A DNA stretch of 64,000 nt from Candidatus Omnitrophota bacterium (GTDB lineage: Bacteria > Omnitrophota > Gorgyraeia > Gygaellales > Profunditerraquicolaceae). Below, piece after piece: positions 50,493 to 59,938 of the stretch. The notes beneath the pieces were generated by a model. The model did no database searches. It was not told the origin of the DNA and was given only the letters and a program-made list of their open reading frames with translations. The translations under genes and the position numbers were made by a program. Positions within the stretch are counted from its first letter, which is position 1, and the number at the start of each line of letters is the position of its first letter. The stretch spans positions 606,928-670,927 of the forward strand of contig JBAZUE010000001.1 in assembly GCA_041661605.1 (NCBI GenBank). Direction: 5' to 3'.

Positions 50493-51767
50493 TTATGCTA
50501 TATTTTTTACTAATTTCCCGGCCAAGGCAAGCTCTTCCTGACGGCTGCTTACTTTTCCATTGAGCTTTGCTGCCAGCACCCTGTTTAATATCTTCTGATA
50601 CTCCGGCCCAGGCAAAACGCCCATCCGGAGTAAATCATCCCCTGATATACAAAGGCGCAAATCATTGTAAACCTTGAGGAAATCTGCGGTATATTTCTTA
50701 ATCACGCTGTCATGAGAAACAGAACGCAGCAGGATAATTGCCTCAAAGTCTAAAGGTTTAAGTAAAGCAAAAATCTGCCCCGGGCTAATCCGTTTATTTC
50801 TTAAGCGCCTGATAAAATTCTGATTAATTTTACGGCAGTTGACGATCTTCTTTTCTTCCTTTTTAGACAGCCCCAGTTTCCGGGCGATCTTTCTTACTTG
50901 AGCCAAAGTAAGCGGACTCAATAAGGCGGCGAAATAAATAAGCCAAGCCTCAAACTGTTTATGAAAGGGGAAATCTTGCATAAACCAGGCAATCTCTTTA
51001 TTAATCGACTTGAATAAATCATATGCAGGTTTAGCCGGCTTTAGTTTATCGCTGATAAAGGAGATCCCCCCTAAGGCACAAAGCTGCTTAATCTGCGCTG
51101 ATGGATTATTTTCTTTAAACATCAATATCAGCTCATCGCGCATCCGGTGAGGATTCACTTTCTCCAATAAGCCTGAATTTACAGCGTCTTTTAGAAGAGA
51201 AAGTGTTTTAGGCTCAATTTTAAAATTATAGCGCTGCTGGAAACGGATGGCTCTTAAGATACGCGTAGGGTCATCCTTAAAACTCAAATCATGCAGAACA
51301 CGGATTTCACCTGCCGCCAGGTCATCTTTACCGCCAAAGATATCAATTAATTTCTGGCTGCCTTCAGAAAGACTAAACGCCATGGCATTAATAGTAAAAT
51401 CGCGCCTGGATAGATCCTCCTTAAGCGATCCCGGGCTTACCACCGGCAACGAAGCGCTAAACGGATAAATTTCTTTACGCGTAGTGGCAATATCCACTTT
51501 CAGCCGATGATCCAGGATTAAAGTGGCCGTACCGAACCTTTCATGCCTTATCAATCCGGAATGCAATCTCTTAGACAGAACCTCGGCAAACTTGATACCA
51601 TTGCCTTCAACGGTTATATCTAAATCCCAATCCTTAACACCTAAGATAAGGTCGCGGGGAAAACCACCTACCAGATATGCCGGCATATTAGTTTCTTTAG
51701 AAACCTTTCTTGCCAACGCGATTAGGTATTTTACTTCTTTGGGTAATTTCTTTAAGTATTCTCTCAT
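50493..51767 (-). CDS. cca: tRNA nucleotidyltransferase / poly(A) polymerase family protein (CCA-adding type)
   Basis: PolyA_pol head motifs (VGGFPRDLILG, DWDLDI, and RRDFTINAM). I cannot distinguish CC-, A- or CCA-adding activity from sequence alone. Confidence 0.75.
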   Translation of the reverse strand: MREYLKKLPKEVKYLIALARKVSKETNMPAYLVGGFPRDLILGVKDWDLDITVEGNGIKFAEVLSKRLHSGLIRHERFGTATLILDHRLKVDIATTRKEIYPFSASLPVVSPGSLKEDLSRRDFTINAMAFSLSEGSQKLIDIFGGKDDLAAGEIRVLHDLSFKDDPTRILRAIRFQQRYNFKIEPKTLSLLKDAVNSGLLEKVNPHRMRDELILMFKENNPSAQIKQLCALGGISFISDKLKPAKPAYDLFKSINKEIAWFMQDFPFHKQFEAWLIYFAALLSPLTLAQVRKIARKLGLSKKEEKKIVNCRKINQNFIRRLRNKRISPGQIFALLKPLDFEAIILLRSVSHDSVIKKYTADFLKVYNDLRLCISGDDLLRMGVLPGPEYQKILNRVLAAKLNGKVSSRQEELALAGKLVKNIA

Positions 51768-51773
51768 TTGTAT

Positions 51774-52661
51774 TTACGGCCTGGGATGAAACATCTTATG
51801 GATTGTCTTAAGCCTCTCTTTATCTATGTGCGTATAAATCTGCGTAGTAGAAATATTAGAATGCCCGAGCATCTCCTGGACTGAACGCAGGTCCGCCCCT
51901 CTTTCCAGTAAATGCGTAGCGAATGAATGCCTTAATGTATGCACTTTTATCGGCTTCTTGATCTTAGCTTCTTTGGCATATTGTTTGATTAATTTCCAAA
52001 CAGATTGCCGGGATAATTTATTTCCGGAGCGGTTGAGAAAAAGAAATTCCGATGTTTTATTCTTCAGGAAATCCGGCCGGCTGAATTCCAGGTACCTTTT
52101 GATATTACTGATCGCTTTTTTCCCCAGGGGGATAACCCTTTCTTTATTGCCTTTTCCGATACAGCGTAAGAAACCGATATCCAGATTCACGCTATTGACT
52201 TTAAGGTCAGTGGATTCAGACACGCGCATGCCTGTGGCATAAAGAGTCTCCAGGATTGCCTTGTCCCTGGCGCCCTGGCGAAGCCGCACATCAGGCTGGC
52301 TGATCAACGCCTCTACTTCATTCAAAGAAAGGGTATCCGGAATCTTCTTCCATAATTTTGGAGAGTCGATCAAAGTCGTAGGGTCAACCTTTAAAACTCT
52401 TTCTCTGGCCAGAAAACGGTGGAACATACGTATAGCTGCAAGCCTCCGGGAGATACTCGTAGGAGAAATACCCTTTTCTTTCTCAAAAAGCATGAACTCA
52501 ATGATATCGTTTTTTAAAACTTTTGAAAGAGCGTTTATGCCGCGCTTAATCATAAAGTCCAAATAAATATTTAAATCTTCCCGGTAGGCAATAATGGTAT
52601 TCTTGGCCAGCCCGCGCTCAACCGAAAGATAATCCAGAAATGAATCGATAAGTTCTTTCAA
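51774..52661 (-). CDS. xerD: Tyrosine recombinase XerD/XerC (chromosome dimer resolution)
   Basis: SAM-like N-domain (FLDYLSVERGLAKNTIIAYREDL) and the catalytic residues R..K..H..R..H..Y (ATGMRVSE, HTLRHSFATHLL, LGHSNISTTQIYTH). Confidence 0.8.
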   Translation of the reverse strand: MKELIDSFLDYLSVERGLAKNTIIAYREDLNIYLDFMIKRGINALSKVLKNDIIEFMLFEKEKGISPTSISRRLAAIRMFHRFLARERVLKVDPTTLIDSPKLWKKIPDTLSLNEVEALISQPDVRLRQGARDKAILETLYATGMRVSESTDLKVNSVNLDIGFLRCIGKGNKERVIPLGKKAISNIKRYLEFSRPDFLKNKTSEFLFLNRSGNKLSRQSVWKLIKQYAKEAKIKKPIKVHTLRHSFATHLLERGADLRSVQEMLGHSNISTTQIYTHIDKERLKTIHKMFHPRP

Positions 52662-52662
52662 T

Positions 52663-53283
52663 TTAACCTATAAATGGGTTATTAATCTTTTCTCTGCCTA
52701 TAGTAGTTGCCGGTCCATGCCCCGGATAAACCTTTGTTTGGCCGGGCAGCACGAATAATTTTTCTTCTATTGATTTGTTAAGCAGATATTGGCTGCCTTC
52801 CGGCAGGTCGCAGCGGCCTACCCCGCGGCAAAATAATGTGTCTCCGGTAAAGACAATATCCGCCTGCGGCTTTTTCATCAAAAGCCCGATACCTCCCGGA
52901 GTATGCCCCGGCAAATGTAAAACCTCTAATTCAAGACAATCTAATTTAATGATTTCCTTGTCTTCCAAAACCTTGATTTCAGATCTTACTTTATAGGGCA
53001 AGGCGAAACTGGCGGAAAGATTTTTACCTGCGTTTTCAAGCATCGCTAAATCCTGCTTATGCGCATAAACACAAACCCCAAATTCATCATCGCCTCCGAT
53101 ATGGTCATAATGACCGTGGGTGTTGATCACTATTGCCGGTCTTAATTTATGCCTGTCCAATACAGTTTTTATTTTAGGCGCCTGGTCTCCGGGGTCAATA
53201 ATAATAGCCTCCCCGGCTTCTGCGCAGGCAAGTATGTAACAATTGACTTGCATTGGACCAACAATAACGGTTTCCAGGATCAT
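52663..53283 (-). CDS. Metallo-beta-lactamase fold hydrolase (glyoxalase II-like)
   Basis: THGHYDH metal-binding motif. Size and pattern resemble hydroxyacylglutathione hydrolase-like MBLs. Confidence 0.8.
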   Translation of the reverse strand: MILETVIVGPMQVNCYILACAEAGEAIIIDPGDQAPKIKTVLDRHKLRPAIVINTHGHYDHIGGDDEFGVCVYAHKQDLAMLENAGKNLSASFALPYKVRSEIKVLEDKEIIKLDCLELEVLHLPGHTPGGIGLLMKKPQADIVFTGDTLFCRGVGRCDLPEGSQYLLNKSIEEKLFVLPGQTKVYPGHGPATTIGREKINNPFIG

Positions 53284-53774
53284 TTTAGGTAATTCTTGAT
53301 TTTTGGATAAATAAACCTTTGATGGATATCGGACTTGATACCTTCGGCGATATGAAGGTTGCCGTTGTCATTTGTTCCGTAAACATCACTCTTTATGGAA
53401 GCCAGCAGGTCAGCCGATTTACCGATATACAAATCAAGATTCTTCTGCATTTCCTCTACCAGCATATTCTTCATATTGGCCAGATTCTTTAACGCCTCCT
53501 GAGCGCAATCTATCTTCTTTTTCAGGCTCAACTTCTGAGTAAGCGCATTCTCCAGCTCATCCTGCCAGGATTTCCAAAAAAGAAAATGCTGCCGATATAG
53601 CTCTTCCTTGGTCATATTTGGTCCTTTATATTCTTCAGGGACAAGAACCATTTCAACGGCCTGATCAGATTTCTTGGATTTACGGGTAAATTTACGAGTA
53701 AAGGATTCGCACCCTGTCAAATCTAACAATAAAGAACAAAACAACAGAATTAGGAATATCTTCTTCGATCTCAT
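53280..53774 (-). CDS. Lipoprotein, hypothetical
   Basis: Lipobox LDLTG-C after the signal peptide. The body is helical with no recognisable family. It overlaps ligA and the MBL gene by 4 nt each. Confidence 0.55.
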   Translation of the reverse strand: MRSKKIFLILLFCSLLLDLTGCESFTRKFTRKSKKSDQAVEMVLVPEEYKGPNMTKEELYRQHFLFWKSWQDELENALTQKLSLKKKIDCAQEALKNLANMKNMLVEEMQKNLDLYIGKSADLLASIKSDVYGTNDNGNLHIAEGIKSDIHQRFIYPKIKNYLK

Positions 53775-55756
53775 CTAATCATCTCCTTGAATTCTTCTTC
53801 ACCAATAATCTTTACCCCCAGTTCCCTGGCTTTATTAAATTTTGTCCCTGCGTTTACCCCTGCTACCAGAATGTCAGTCTTGCTGCTTATGCTGGAACCC
53901 GGCACGCCTTTAGAACGACGCACCAGCTCTTCTGCTTCTGCGCGTGAAAATCCGGTCAACTCTCCGGTAAAAACCACTGTCTTGCCTGTCAATTTGTTAA
54001 TCTTGAAATTTCCGGGGAACTGGCGCATATTAACTCCGGCATCTTTTAAATCCTGGATCAACTTCCTGGTCTGCTTAAGATTAAAATAGTTCAGAATGGA
54101 TCCTGCCATAACCTGGCCTATCTCCGGGATACTGTCTAAATCTTCCAATCTTGCCTGCATAAGCTTTTGCATATCGGAAAATTCTTCAGCCAGTGTATAC
54201 GCAGCTTTCTGCCCCACATGACGTATACCCAAAGCAAAAATCAGCCGCGCCAAAGACTGCTGCTTGCTCTTTTCAATGGAACTTAATAAATTATTAGCTT
54301 TCTTTTCTTTAAACAACTCCAGCTTCAATAAATTCTCCAGCCTGAGTTTATAAACATCCGCTAAACTTTTGAGCAGCTTCAAGCTTACCAGCTGGTTGAT
54401 TACCGCCTCACCCATCCCTTCGATATCCAGGGCATCACGGCTGGCGAAGTGTAAAAGCGCCCGTTCCAGCTGCGCGGGGCAATCAGAGTTAATGCAGCGA
54501 TAAGCCACATCCTCCTCTTTTTCTTTAACAATCCTCTCCCCGCAAGCAGGGCATTTTACAGGAATATTATAAGGCTTCCTGCCTTTTTGCTCCACCACTT
54601 TTACCACTTTCGGGATTACATCTCCGGCCCGCTCAATGAGCACCCGATCGCCTTCCCGCAGCCCCAACCTCTCTATCTCATCAAAATTATGCAAAGTAGC
54701 GTTGCTGATAATCACTCCGGAACACTCCACCGGTTTAAGTTCAGCAGTCGGGGTTATTACTCCTGTGCGGCCGACATTAACTTTAATTGAAATTAATTCA
54801 GTAGTTGCCTGCCGGGCGGCAAACTTATAGGCCACTGCCCAACGCGGGCTTTTAGCAGTAAAACCCAAGTCCTTCTGTTGAGTAAGGTCATTTAGCTTAA
54901 CCACCACCCCGTCAATTTCATAGCTTAATTCATCCCGCTTCTGTTGCCACTTATTGCAATATACGATTACTTCATCTATATTACGGCAAAGCGCAGAATG
55001 CATGTTCGTGCGCACCCCCCAACCCTTAAGCCTGGTTAAAAAATCCCATTGAGTACGTATGGGATGGTTATGATACGCGCCCAAAGAATGCGCGAAGAAA
55101 TTAAGGTGCCTTTTAGCGACAATGTTACTATCCAGTAATTTTAAAGAACCGCTGGTGGCATTGCGGGGGTTGGCAAATAAAACTTCACCATTATCCATAC
55201 GATCCTTGTTAACCTGCGAGAAATCTTTCTTCTCCATGTACACTTCACCGCGGATTTCAATAAAGTCCGGGATATTTTTACCCAATAGAGCCAAAGGAAT
55301 AGCGCGGATTGTTTTTATGTTGGCGGTTACCTCTTCGCCCATCTGCCCATCCCCGCGCGTTGCCCCCACCATAAGCTTGCCTTTTGAATAAGTCAAGTTA
55401 GCGCTTACCCCGTCAATTTTAAGTTCAACCACATACTCATAAGTGCCTAAACCTTTGCGCACACGTTCATCCCAGATGGCTAATTCATCAATAGAATAAG
55501 TATTATCCAGTGAGAACATTCCGACTTTATGTTTTACCGTCTTAAAACCCGGACTTATACCCGAACTCAGACGCTGGCTGGGAGAGTCATCAGTGCGAAA
55601 CTGCGGGTTTTGATCTTCAAGCAACTTTAGCCTGCGCATTAAATCATCATACTCTTTATCAGAAATAAGCGGCTGGCTTAAAACATAATAGGAATAATCA
55701 TGTTTTCTTATTTTTTCTTTTATCAACTCAATTTCTTTTTTGATTTGGATAGGCAT
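53771..55756 (-). CDS. ligA: NAD-dependent DNA ligase
   Basis: Adenylation motif ELKIDGVS, OB fold, Zn finger (CPACG..C..C), HhH repeats and a C-terminal BRCT. Confidence 0.95.
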   Translation of the reverse strand: MPIQIKKEIELIKEKIRKHDYSYYVLSQPLISDKEYDDLMRRLKLLEDQNPQFRTDDSPSQRLSSGISPGFKTVKHKVGMFSLDNTYSIDELAIWDERVRKGLGTYEYVVELKIDGVSANLTYSKGKLMVGATRGDGQMGEEVTANIKTIRAIPLALLGKNIPDFIEIRGEVYMEKKDFSQVNKDRMDNGEVLFANPRNATSGSLKLLDSNIVAKRHLNFFAHSLGAYHNHPIRTQWDFLTRLKGWGVRTNMHSALCRNIDEVIVYCNKWQQKRDELSYEIDGVVVKLNDLTQQKDLGFTAKSPRWAVAYKFAARQATTELISIKVNVGRTGVITPTAELKPVECSGVIISNATLHNFDEIERLGLREGDRVLIERAGDVIPKVVKVVEQKGRKPYNIPVKCPACGERIVKEKEEDVAYRCINSDCPAQLERALLHFASRDALDIEGMGEAVINQLVSLKLLKSLADVYKLRLENLLKLELFKEKKANNLLSSIEKSKQQSLARLIFALGIRHVGQKAAYTLAEEFSDMQKLMQARLEDLDSIPEIGQVMAGSILNYFNLKQTRKLIQDLKDAGVNMRQFPGNFKINKLTGKTVVFTGELTGFSRAEAEELVRRSKGVPGSSISSKTDILVAGVNAGTKFNKARELGVKIIGEEEFKEMIR

Positions 55757-55775
55757 TTTAGCAATTCAATAAAGA

Positions 55776-56069
55776 TTAGAATATAATTTGAAAACTGCGG
55801 GATTTTCCGCTTTGTCTTTCGGCAGGCAGGCAGCCAGGCTGCCATTCAGTGTTTGCTTCTTCGATATAACGGGAAAAATGCTGGTTGATTTGTTCGAGAA
55901 AATTGTTCAAGATATCTTCTTCAGCTTCTGCCGATACTTCTACGCGGCCGTCGTTTAAATTTTTAACCCAGCCGCAGACCTTCAAGGAATTGCCAATATC
56001 CTGCACGGTATAACGAAAACCTATACCCTGTACCTTGCCTGAGTAATAAATATGCAGTTGCTTTTTCAT
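55776..56069 (-). CDS. acyP: Acylphosphatase
   Basis: GKVQGIGFRY and GWVKNLNDGRVE motifs. Confidence 0.85.
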   Translation of the reverse strand: MKKQLHIYYSGKVQGIGFRYTVQDIGNSLKVCGWVKNLNDGRVEVSAEAEEDILNNFLEQINQHFSRYIEEANTEWQPGCLPAERQSGKSRSFQIIF

Positions 56070-56074
56070 AGCAG

Positions 56075-56240
56075 AAATCCTTACTCGTGCTTACTGGCAA
56101 GGATTTACTTGTTTGCTTCGCAAGCAAGTATTTCGCTGACAACTTATAAATTTATTCCTTGCTCGTATTCCTCGCAAGGATTAAATTCGCGGACGGCTTC
56201 GCCTACACTTTATGTCGCCTACGCTCCATAAAGTGTCCGC
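56075..56240. repeat. Array of four stem-loops between tRNA-Pro and acyP (includes two CCTTnCTCGT..GCAAGG-type repeats)
   Basis: 56075-56106: AAATCCTT..AAGGATTT. 56107-56130: ACTTG..TGCTTcgcAAGCA..AGT. 56156-56180: TCCTTGC-tcgtattcctc-GCAAGGA. 56189-56240: GCGGAC...ACACTTTATG-12 nt-CATAAAGTGT (perfect 10 bp)..CCGC. Confidence 0.65.
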
Positions 56241-56249
56241 TCATTTAAG

Positions 56250-56323
56250 TCGGGGCGACAGGACTTGAACCTGTGACCTCAGCGTCCCGAACGCTGCGCT
56301 CTACCAAACTGAGCCACGCCCCG
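56250..56323 (-). tRNA. tRNA-Pro (anticodon CGG), no encoded CCA
   Basis: CGGGGCGTGGCTCAGTTTGGTAGAGCGCAGCGTTCGGGACGCTGAGGTCACAGGTTCAAGTCCTGTCGCCCCGA. The cloverleaf is complete, with C1:G72, G37 and discriminator A. Confidence 0.92.
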
Positions 56324-56342
56324 TATTACATTTTGCAATTTT

Positions 56343-56404
56343 CACACTAGTGAACACTGGCGCAATTCAAATAAGCGCCAGGTGCCGATTAGCGTTGGGT
56401 GCCG
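56343..56404. repeat. REP-like hairpin repeat, inverted relative to the mreB-mreC copy
   Basis: The reverse complement reads GCACCCAACGCTAATCGG-CACC-TGGCGC-TTATTTGAATT-GCGCCA-GTGTTCAC. The 14-mer CACCCAACGCTAAT is identical to 20053-20066. The hairpin has the same flanks and loop as 20053-20084 but a different, still complementary, stem. Confidence 0.7.
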
Positions 56405-56463
56405 TAAAATATTTAATAAAATAGTATACCAGAAATTACTAGTTTACGCAATAACAGAAAGAA

Positions 56464-57039
56464 TTAAACAGAAGCTTTCTTGGCAAGAATATCAAATTCC
56501 ACGTTCAATTTATCAGACGGGCCCTTAAAACTTAAAGTTGTATTCTTGAGGGTATGAGGAATGACATAAACACTAATGAGATTCGCCCGCCTCTGCGCTA
56601 AAGTGAGACTTATCCCATCCAGGGATATCGACCCCTTAGGCAGACAGTAGCGCATAAAACTTGTTGGAATCGCGATTTCAAATGCCAAATTACCATTGCG
56701 CAGGCCTTTTCTGCGTATCAGACCTAAACAATCAATATGCCCGGTGACAAAATGTCCGGACACCTTATCTCCAAGCCTAAGACTACGTTCAAGGTTTACT
56801 TCTTCGCCTATTCTAAGTAAACCCAGATTTGTTTTCCCTGAAGTTTCGGCCATAACTTCGAAATTAAATAAATCTTTATCAAAAGAAGCCACCGTCAGGC
56901 ATACTCCATTAACTGCGATACTGTCTCCAACCCCGGCATCTTGCAGCGTTTTATGCGCTAAAATCTCAAGCACCATAACCCTGCCTTGCCGCATAACTCT
57001 TTTAACTTTACCTAATTCCTCGACTATTCCGGTAAACAT
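56464..57039 (-). CDS. ribE: Riboflavin synthase (alpha chain)
   Basis: MFTGIVEE start and a duplicated lumazine-binding domain (GDSIAVNGVCLTV / GSISLDGISLT). Confidence 0.93.
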   Translation of the reverse strand: MFTGIVEELGKVKRVMRQGRVMVLEILAHKTLQDAGVGDSIAVNGVCLTVASFDKDLFNFEVMAETSGKTNLGLLRIGEEVNLERSLRLGDKVSGHFVTGHIDCLGLIRRKGLRNGNLAFEIAIPTSFMRYCLPKGSISLDGISLTLAQRRANLISVYVIPHTLKNTTLSFKGPSDKLNVEFDILAKKASV

Positions 57040-58134
57040 TTATCTTATATTTGCCTCAATGAGCAAGTCCTCACCTAAACGCCGGATCTTGACCTGGCCA
57101 AGTTTTATTGCCTGGTCTGCGCGTTTTACCCCCTTACCCATTACCGATGAAACAGCACCCTTACCGCCGATAATTTTAGGGCTGGTAAAGAATAATATCC
57201 TGTCTACCAGTCTTTCATCAAAGAGCGAGCCGACAAGGGTGCCTCCGCCTTCAACAATAATATTGCTGATTTGTAACCGGGCTAATTTCTTAAGGGCATC
57301 ACGCAAATTAACCTGGCCTTCCTTTTCTTTAACCTCCAGGATTACAGCTTTTGCCGCAAGGCTATTGCGGTTTTCTGTCTCCTGGCCCGGCTTGCTCGGT
57401 AAAGTTACTATAATTACCTTACCTGCCCCTGAGAAAATATTGGAATTCTCAGGCGTGCTTAAATTACTATCTATTATTATTTTAATTAACTGCTTCTGCG
57501 GTGAAACGGCATTAAGACGGGGATTATCACGCAACACGGTGTTTACCCCTACCATAATCGCATCGTAATCCTTGCGTATCTTATGCGCAAAAACCCGCGA
57601 CTTATCAGAAGTGATCCATTTGGAATCACCGGTAAAGGTAGCGATACGTCCGTCAAGCGACTGCGCAACTTTAACCGTGACAAAAGGGATACCGGCGGTA
57701 ATATATTTTATAAAAATAGCATTGATCTTCTCTAACTGCTCGCTTAATACTCCGAACCTTACTTTGATATTATTCTGCTTAAGCGACAAAACACCTTTTC
57801 CGTTATTCAAAGGGTTGGGGTCTATCATGCCTACAACCACCTCTTTTATGCCGCTCTGGATTATACGGTTAACACAAGGAGGGGTGCGCCCCGTATGCGC
57901 GCAAGGCTCAAGCGTAACATACAAGCTGGCCCCTTTTGCATTTTTCCCCGCTTCATCCATAGCGATGATCTCAGCATGCGCCAGTCCGGCTCTAGCGTGA
58001 AAACCCTTACCGATAATCTTTCCGTTTTTTACCACCAGCGCGCCTACCAAAGGGTTGGGAAAAGTCTTGCCCCTGGCTTTAAGGGCTAACTTTAAAGCCA
58101 TCTCCATATAATATTCATCGGTTTTCTTGATCAT
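57040..58134 (-). CDS. ribD: Bifunctional diaminohydroxyphosphoribosylaminopyrimidine deaminase / 5-amino-6-(5-phosphoribosylamino)uracil reductase
   Basis: CMP/dCMP deaminase zinc motif (HAEI...PCxxC: LEPCAHTGRTPPC) followed by the RibD C-terminal reductase domain. Confidence 0.93.
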   Translation of the reverse strand: MIKKTDEYYMEMALKLALKARGKTFPNPLVGALVVKNGKIIGKGFHARAGLAHAEIIAMDEAGKNAKGASLYVTLEPCAHTGRTPPCVNRIIQSGIKEVVVGMIDPNPLNNGKGVLSLKQNNIKVRFGVLSEQLEKINAIFIKYITAGIPFVTVKVAQSLDGRIATFTGDSKWITSDKSRVFAHKIRKDYDAIMVGVNTVLRDNPRLNAVSPQKQLIKIIIDSNLSTPENSNIFSGAGKVIIVTLPSKPGQETENRNSLAAKAVILEVKEKEGQVNLRDALKKLARLQISNIIVEGGGTLVGSLFDERLVDRILFFTSPKIIGGKGAVSSVMGKGVKRADQAIKLGQVKIRRLGEDLLIEANIR

Positions 58135-58946
58135 CTTCTACTCTGGCGTAATTTCTCCACCAGCTCAATAGGTATTTTAATCGCCCCTAATTTTATTTCA
58201 GGTTTTACGCTGCCGTGAAAATCCGAGCCCCCGGTAACCAAAAGATTAAGTCTTTTAGCCAAATCCAGGTAAAAATTAACCATAGACTGGGAATGCTCGG
58301 GATAATAAACCTCTATACCTTGTAATCCATAACTGGAAAATTCTTCAATCAACTCGTCATTATGCATTATATAAGGATGCGCCAAAACAGCTACCCCTCC
58401 GGCCCCCTTAATCAGGTTTATCGCCTCAAGAGGAGAAAGATTAAACCCTAAAACATATGCAGGAGATTTATCCCCTATGTATTTACGGAAAGCTTCAGCC
58501 GTAGTAGCAACCCAACCTTCTTTAACTAAGGCCCGGGCAATATGCATCCTGCCTGCGGTACCTTTCCCGGAAATATCAAAAACAGACTGGGGGTTAAGGT
58601 TTACCCCCTGTTCTCTTAAATTATTTACAATTTTATAAATGCGTTCAATGCGGTTATGCTGTACTAATTTTAACTTATCAAGCAATGCCTTATCCTTACA
58701 ATCAATAAAATACCCCAGCATATGGATCTCCTGGTTCTCATATTGCGCAGTTAACTCAATACCCGGGATAATCTCTAAATCCGAGCCCTGCGCCGCTGCC
58801 TGGGCCTGGGGAATAGCCTCTACAGTGTCGTGGTCAACTATGGCAACCGCTGAAAATCCACGGGCCAGGCCTTCCTTAACCAACTGCTCGGGCGTAAATG
58901 TTCCGTCGCTCTTAGAGGTATGCACATGTAAATCAGCGTATCTCAC
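58131..58946 (-). CDS. PHP-domain phosphoesterase (TrpH/YciV family)
   Basis: ADLHVHTSKSDG, AIVDHD and GGSDFHG metal-binding motifs. GTG start with an AAGGAAGGTG RBS. Its stop overlaps the ribD ATG (ATGA). Confidence 0.8.
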   Translation of the reverse strand: MRYADLHVHTSKSDGTFTPEQLVKEGLARGFSAVAIVDHDTVEAIPQAQAAAQGSDLEIIPGIELTAQYENQEIHMLGYFIDCKDKALLDKLKLVQHNRIERIYKIVNNLREQGVNLNPQSVFDISGKGTAGRMHIARALVKEGWVATTAEAFRKYIGDKSPAYVLGFNLSPLEAINLIKGAGGVAVLAHPYIMHNDELIEEFSSYGLQGIEVYYPEHSQSMVNFYLDLAKRLNLLVTGGSDFHGSVKPEIKLGAIKIPIELVEKLRQSRR

Positions 58947-59017
58947 CCCGCACCTTCCTTATTGTTTATACATTGGATCCTTACGCCTTTTAACGCCTTA
59001 ATACAAAAAGGATAAGG

Positions 59018-59434
59018 TCATTTTTCTTTTTCGATTTTTATTTGATCCAATATGGCATTGACAAACTTGCCAGATTCAGACCCGGAATATTTCTTGGCCA
59101 GCTCTACTGCTTCATTTATCGTTACTTTCGGAGGGATATCCTCGCGGAAAATAAGCTCAAAACAACCCAACCGCATAATATTACGGTCAACAAAAGCCAT
59201 ACGTTCGAGCTTCCAGTTTGCCGCATATTTACTGATCTTTTCATCAATCTCCTGCATATGCTCGACTACCCCCTTGAGCAGCTCTGCGGAAAAATCCTTA
59301 AGTTCAGCAGAAATATTTTCCTGGTCATTAGACAACCAGAAACTGTTCAGTATATCCTGCCAATTGCCCCGGGTGATATCCGCCTGATAGAGCATTTGCA
59401 ATACATATTCACGAGCCTTAGTACGTTTTCTCAT
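59018..59434 (-). CDS. nusB: Transcription antitermination factor NusB
   Basis: RTKAREYVLQMLYQ start and overall NusB helical pattern. It follows ribH, as in many bacteria. Confidence 0.9.
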   Translation of the reverse strand: MRKRTKAREYVLQMLYQADITRGNWQDILNSFWLSNDQENISAELKDFSAELLKGVVEHMQEIDEKISKYAANWKLERMAFVDRNIMRLGCFELIFREDIPPKVTINEAVELAKKYSGSESGKFVNAILDQIKIEKEK

Positions 59435-59451
59435 TAATCGGATTTAGGTTA

Positions 59452-59919
59452 TTACTTCAACTGCCCTGTTAAATTCACCATCTCAATAGCCGAAAGCGCA
59501 GCATCGCGGCCTTTATTGCCATCTTTAGAACCTGCGCGTTCTACTGCCTGCTCGATACTATCTGCCGTAATAATACCAAAGATAACCGGAACGCCGCTAT
59601 CCAAAGAAACCTTGGCTACGCCTTTTGCCACTTCAGAAGCGATATAATCAAAGTGCGGAGTCGCCCCGCGGATAAGCGTCCCCAAACAGATTAAGGCGTC
59701 AAATGATTTAGCTTTAGCCATTTTCTGCGCGACCATAGGAACCTCAAAAGCCCCGGGAACCCAAGCCACGGTAATATTTTTGTCATCTGCGCCGTGCCTT
59801 ATCAATGTATCGATACATCCGCTTACCAGCTCCTTGGTCATAAAATCATTAAACCGAGAAGCCACCAACCCAAAAGATTTTCCTTTTGCCAGTAAATTCC
59901 CCTCAATCACTTTTACCAT
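59452..59919 (-). CDS. ribH: 6,7-dimethyl-8-ribityllumazine synthase
   Basis: RFNDFMT, VPGAFE and THFDY-type motifs (ATPHFDYI). Confidence 0.93.
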   Translation of the reverse strand: MVKVIEGNLLAKGKSFGLVASRFNDFMTKELVSGCIDTLIRHGADDKNITVAWVPGAFEVPMVAQKMAKAKSFDALICLGTLIRGATPHFDYIASEVAKGVAKVSLDSGVPVIFGIITADSIEQAVERAGSKDGNKGRDAALSAIEMVNLTGQLK

Positions 59920-59938
59920 CTTGCTCCCCCTTCTCTTT

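Noticed and set aside
51774-52661. A tyrosine recombinase as a possible integrase marking a mobile element.
   Set aside because: The sequence is XerC/XerD-like. It sits in a run of tightly packed housekeeping genes with no att-like repeats, phage genes or adjacent tRNA target. It is most simply the chromosome dimer resolvase.
56696-57568. A 290-aa plus-strand ORF spanning the ribE/ribD junction. Other long plus-strand ORFs are similar (for example 30688-31296, 21361-21939, 3275-3787, 49123-49491).
   Set aside because: All lie antisense to minus-strand genes with strong, recognisable homology. Their translations are low-complexity S/L/P/T/R-rich, and they lack an RBS. They are typical shadow ORFs.
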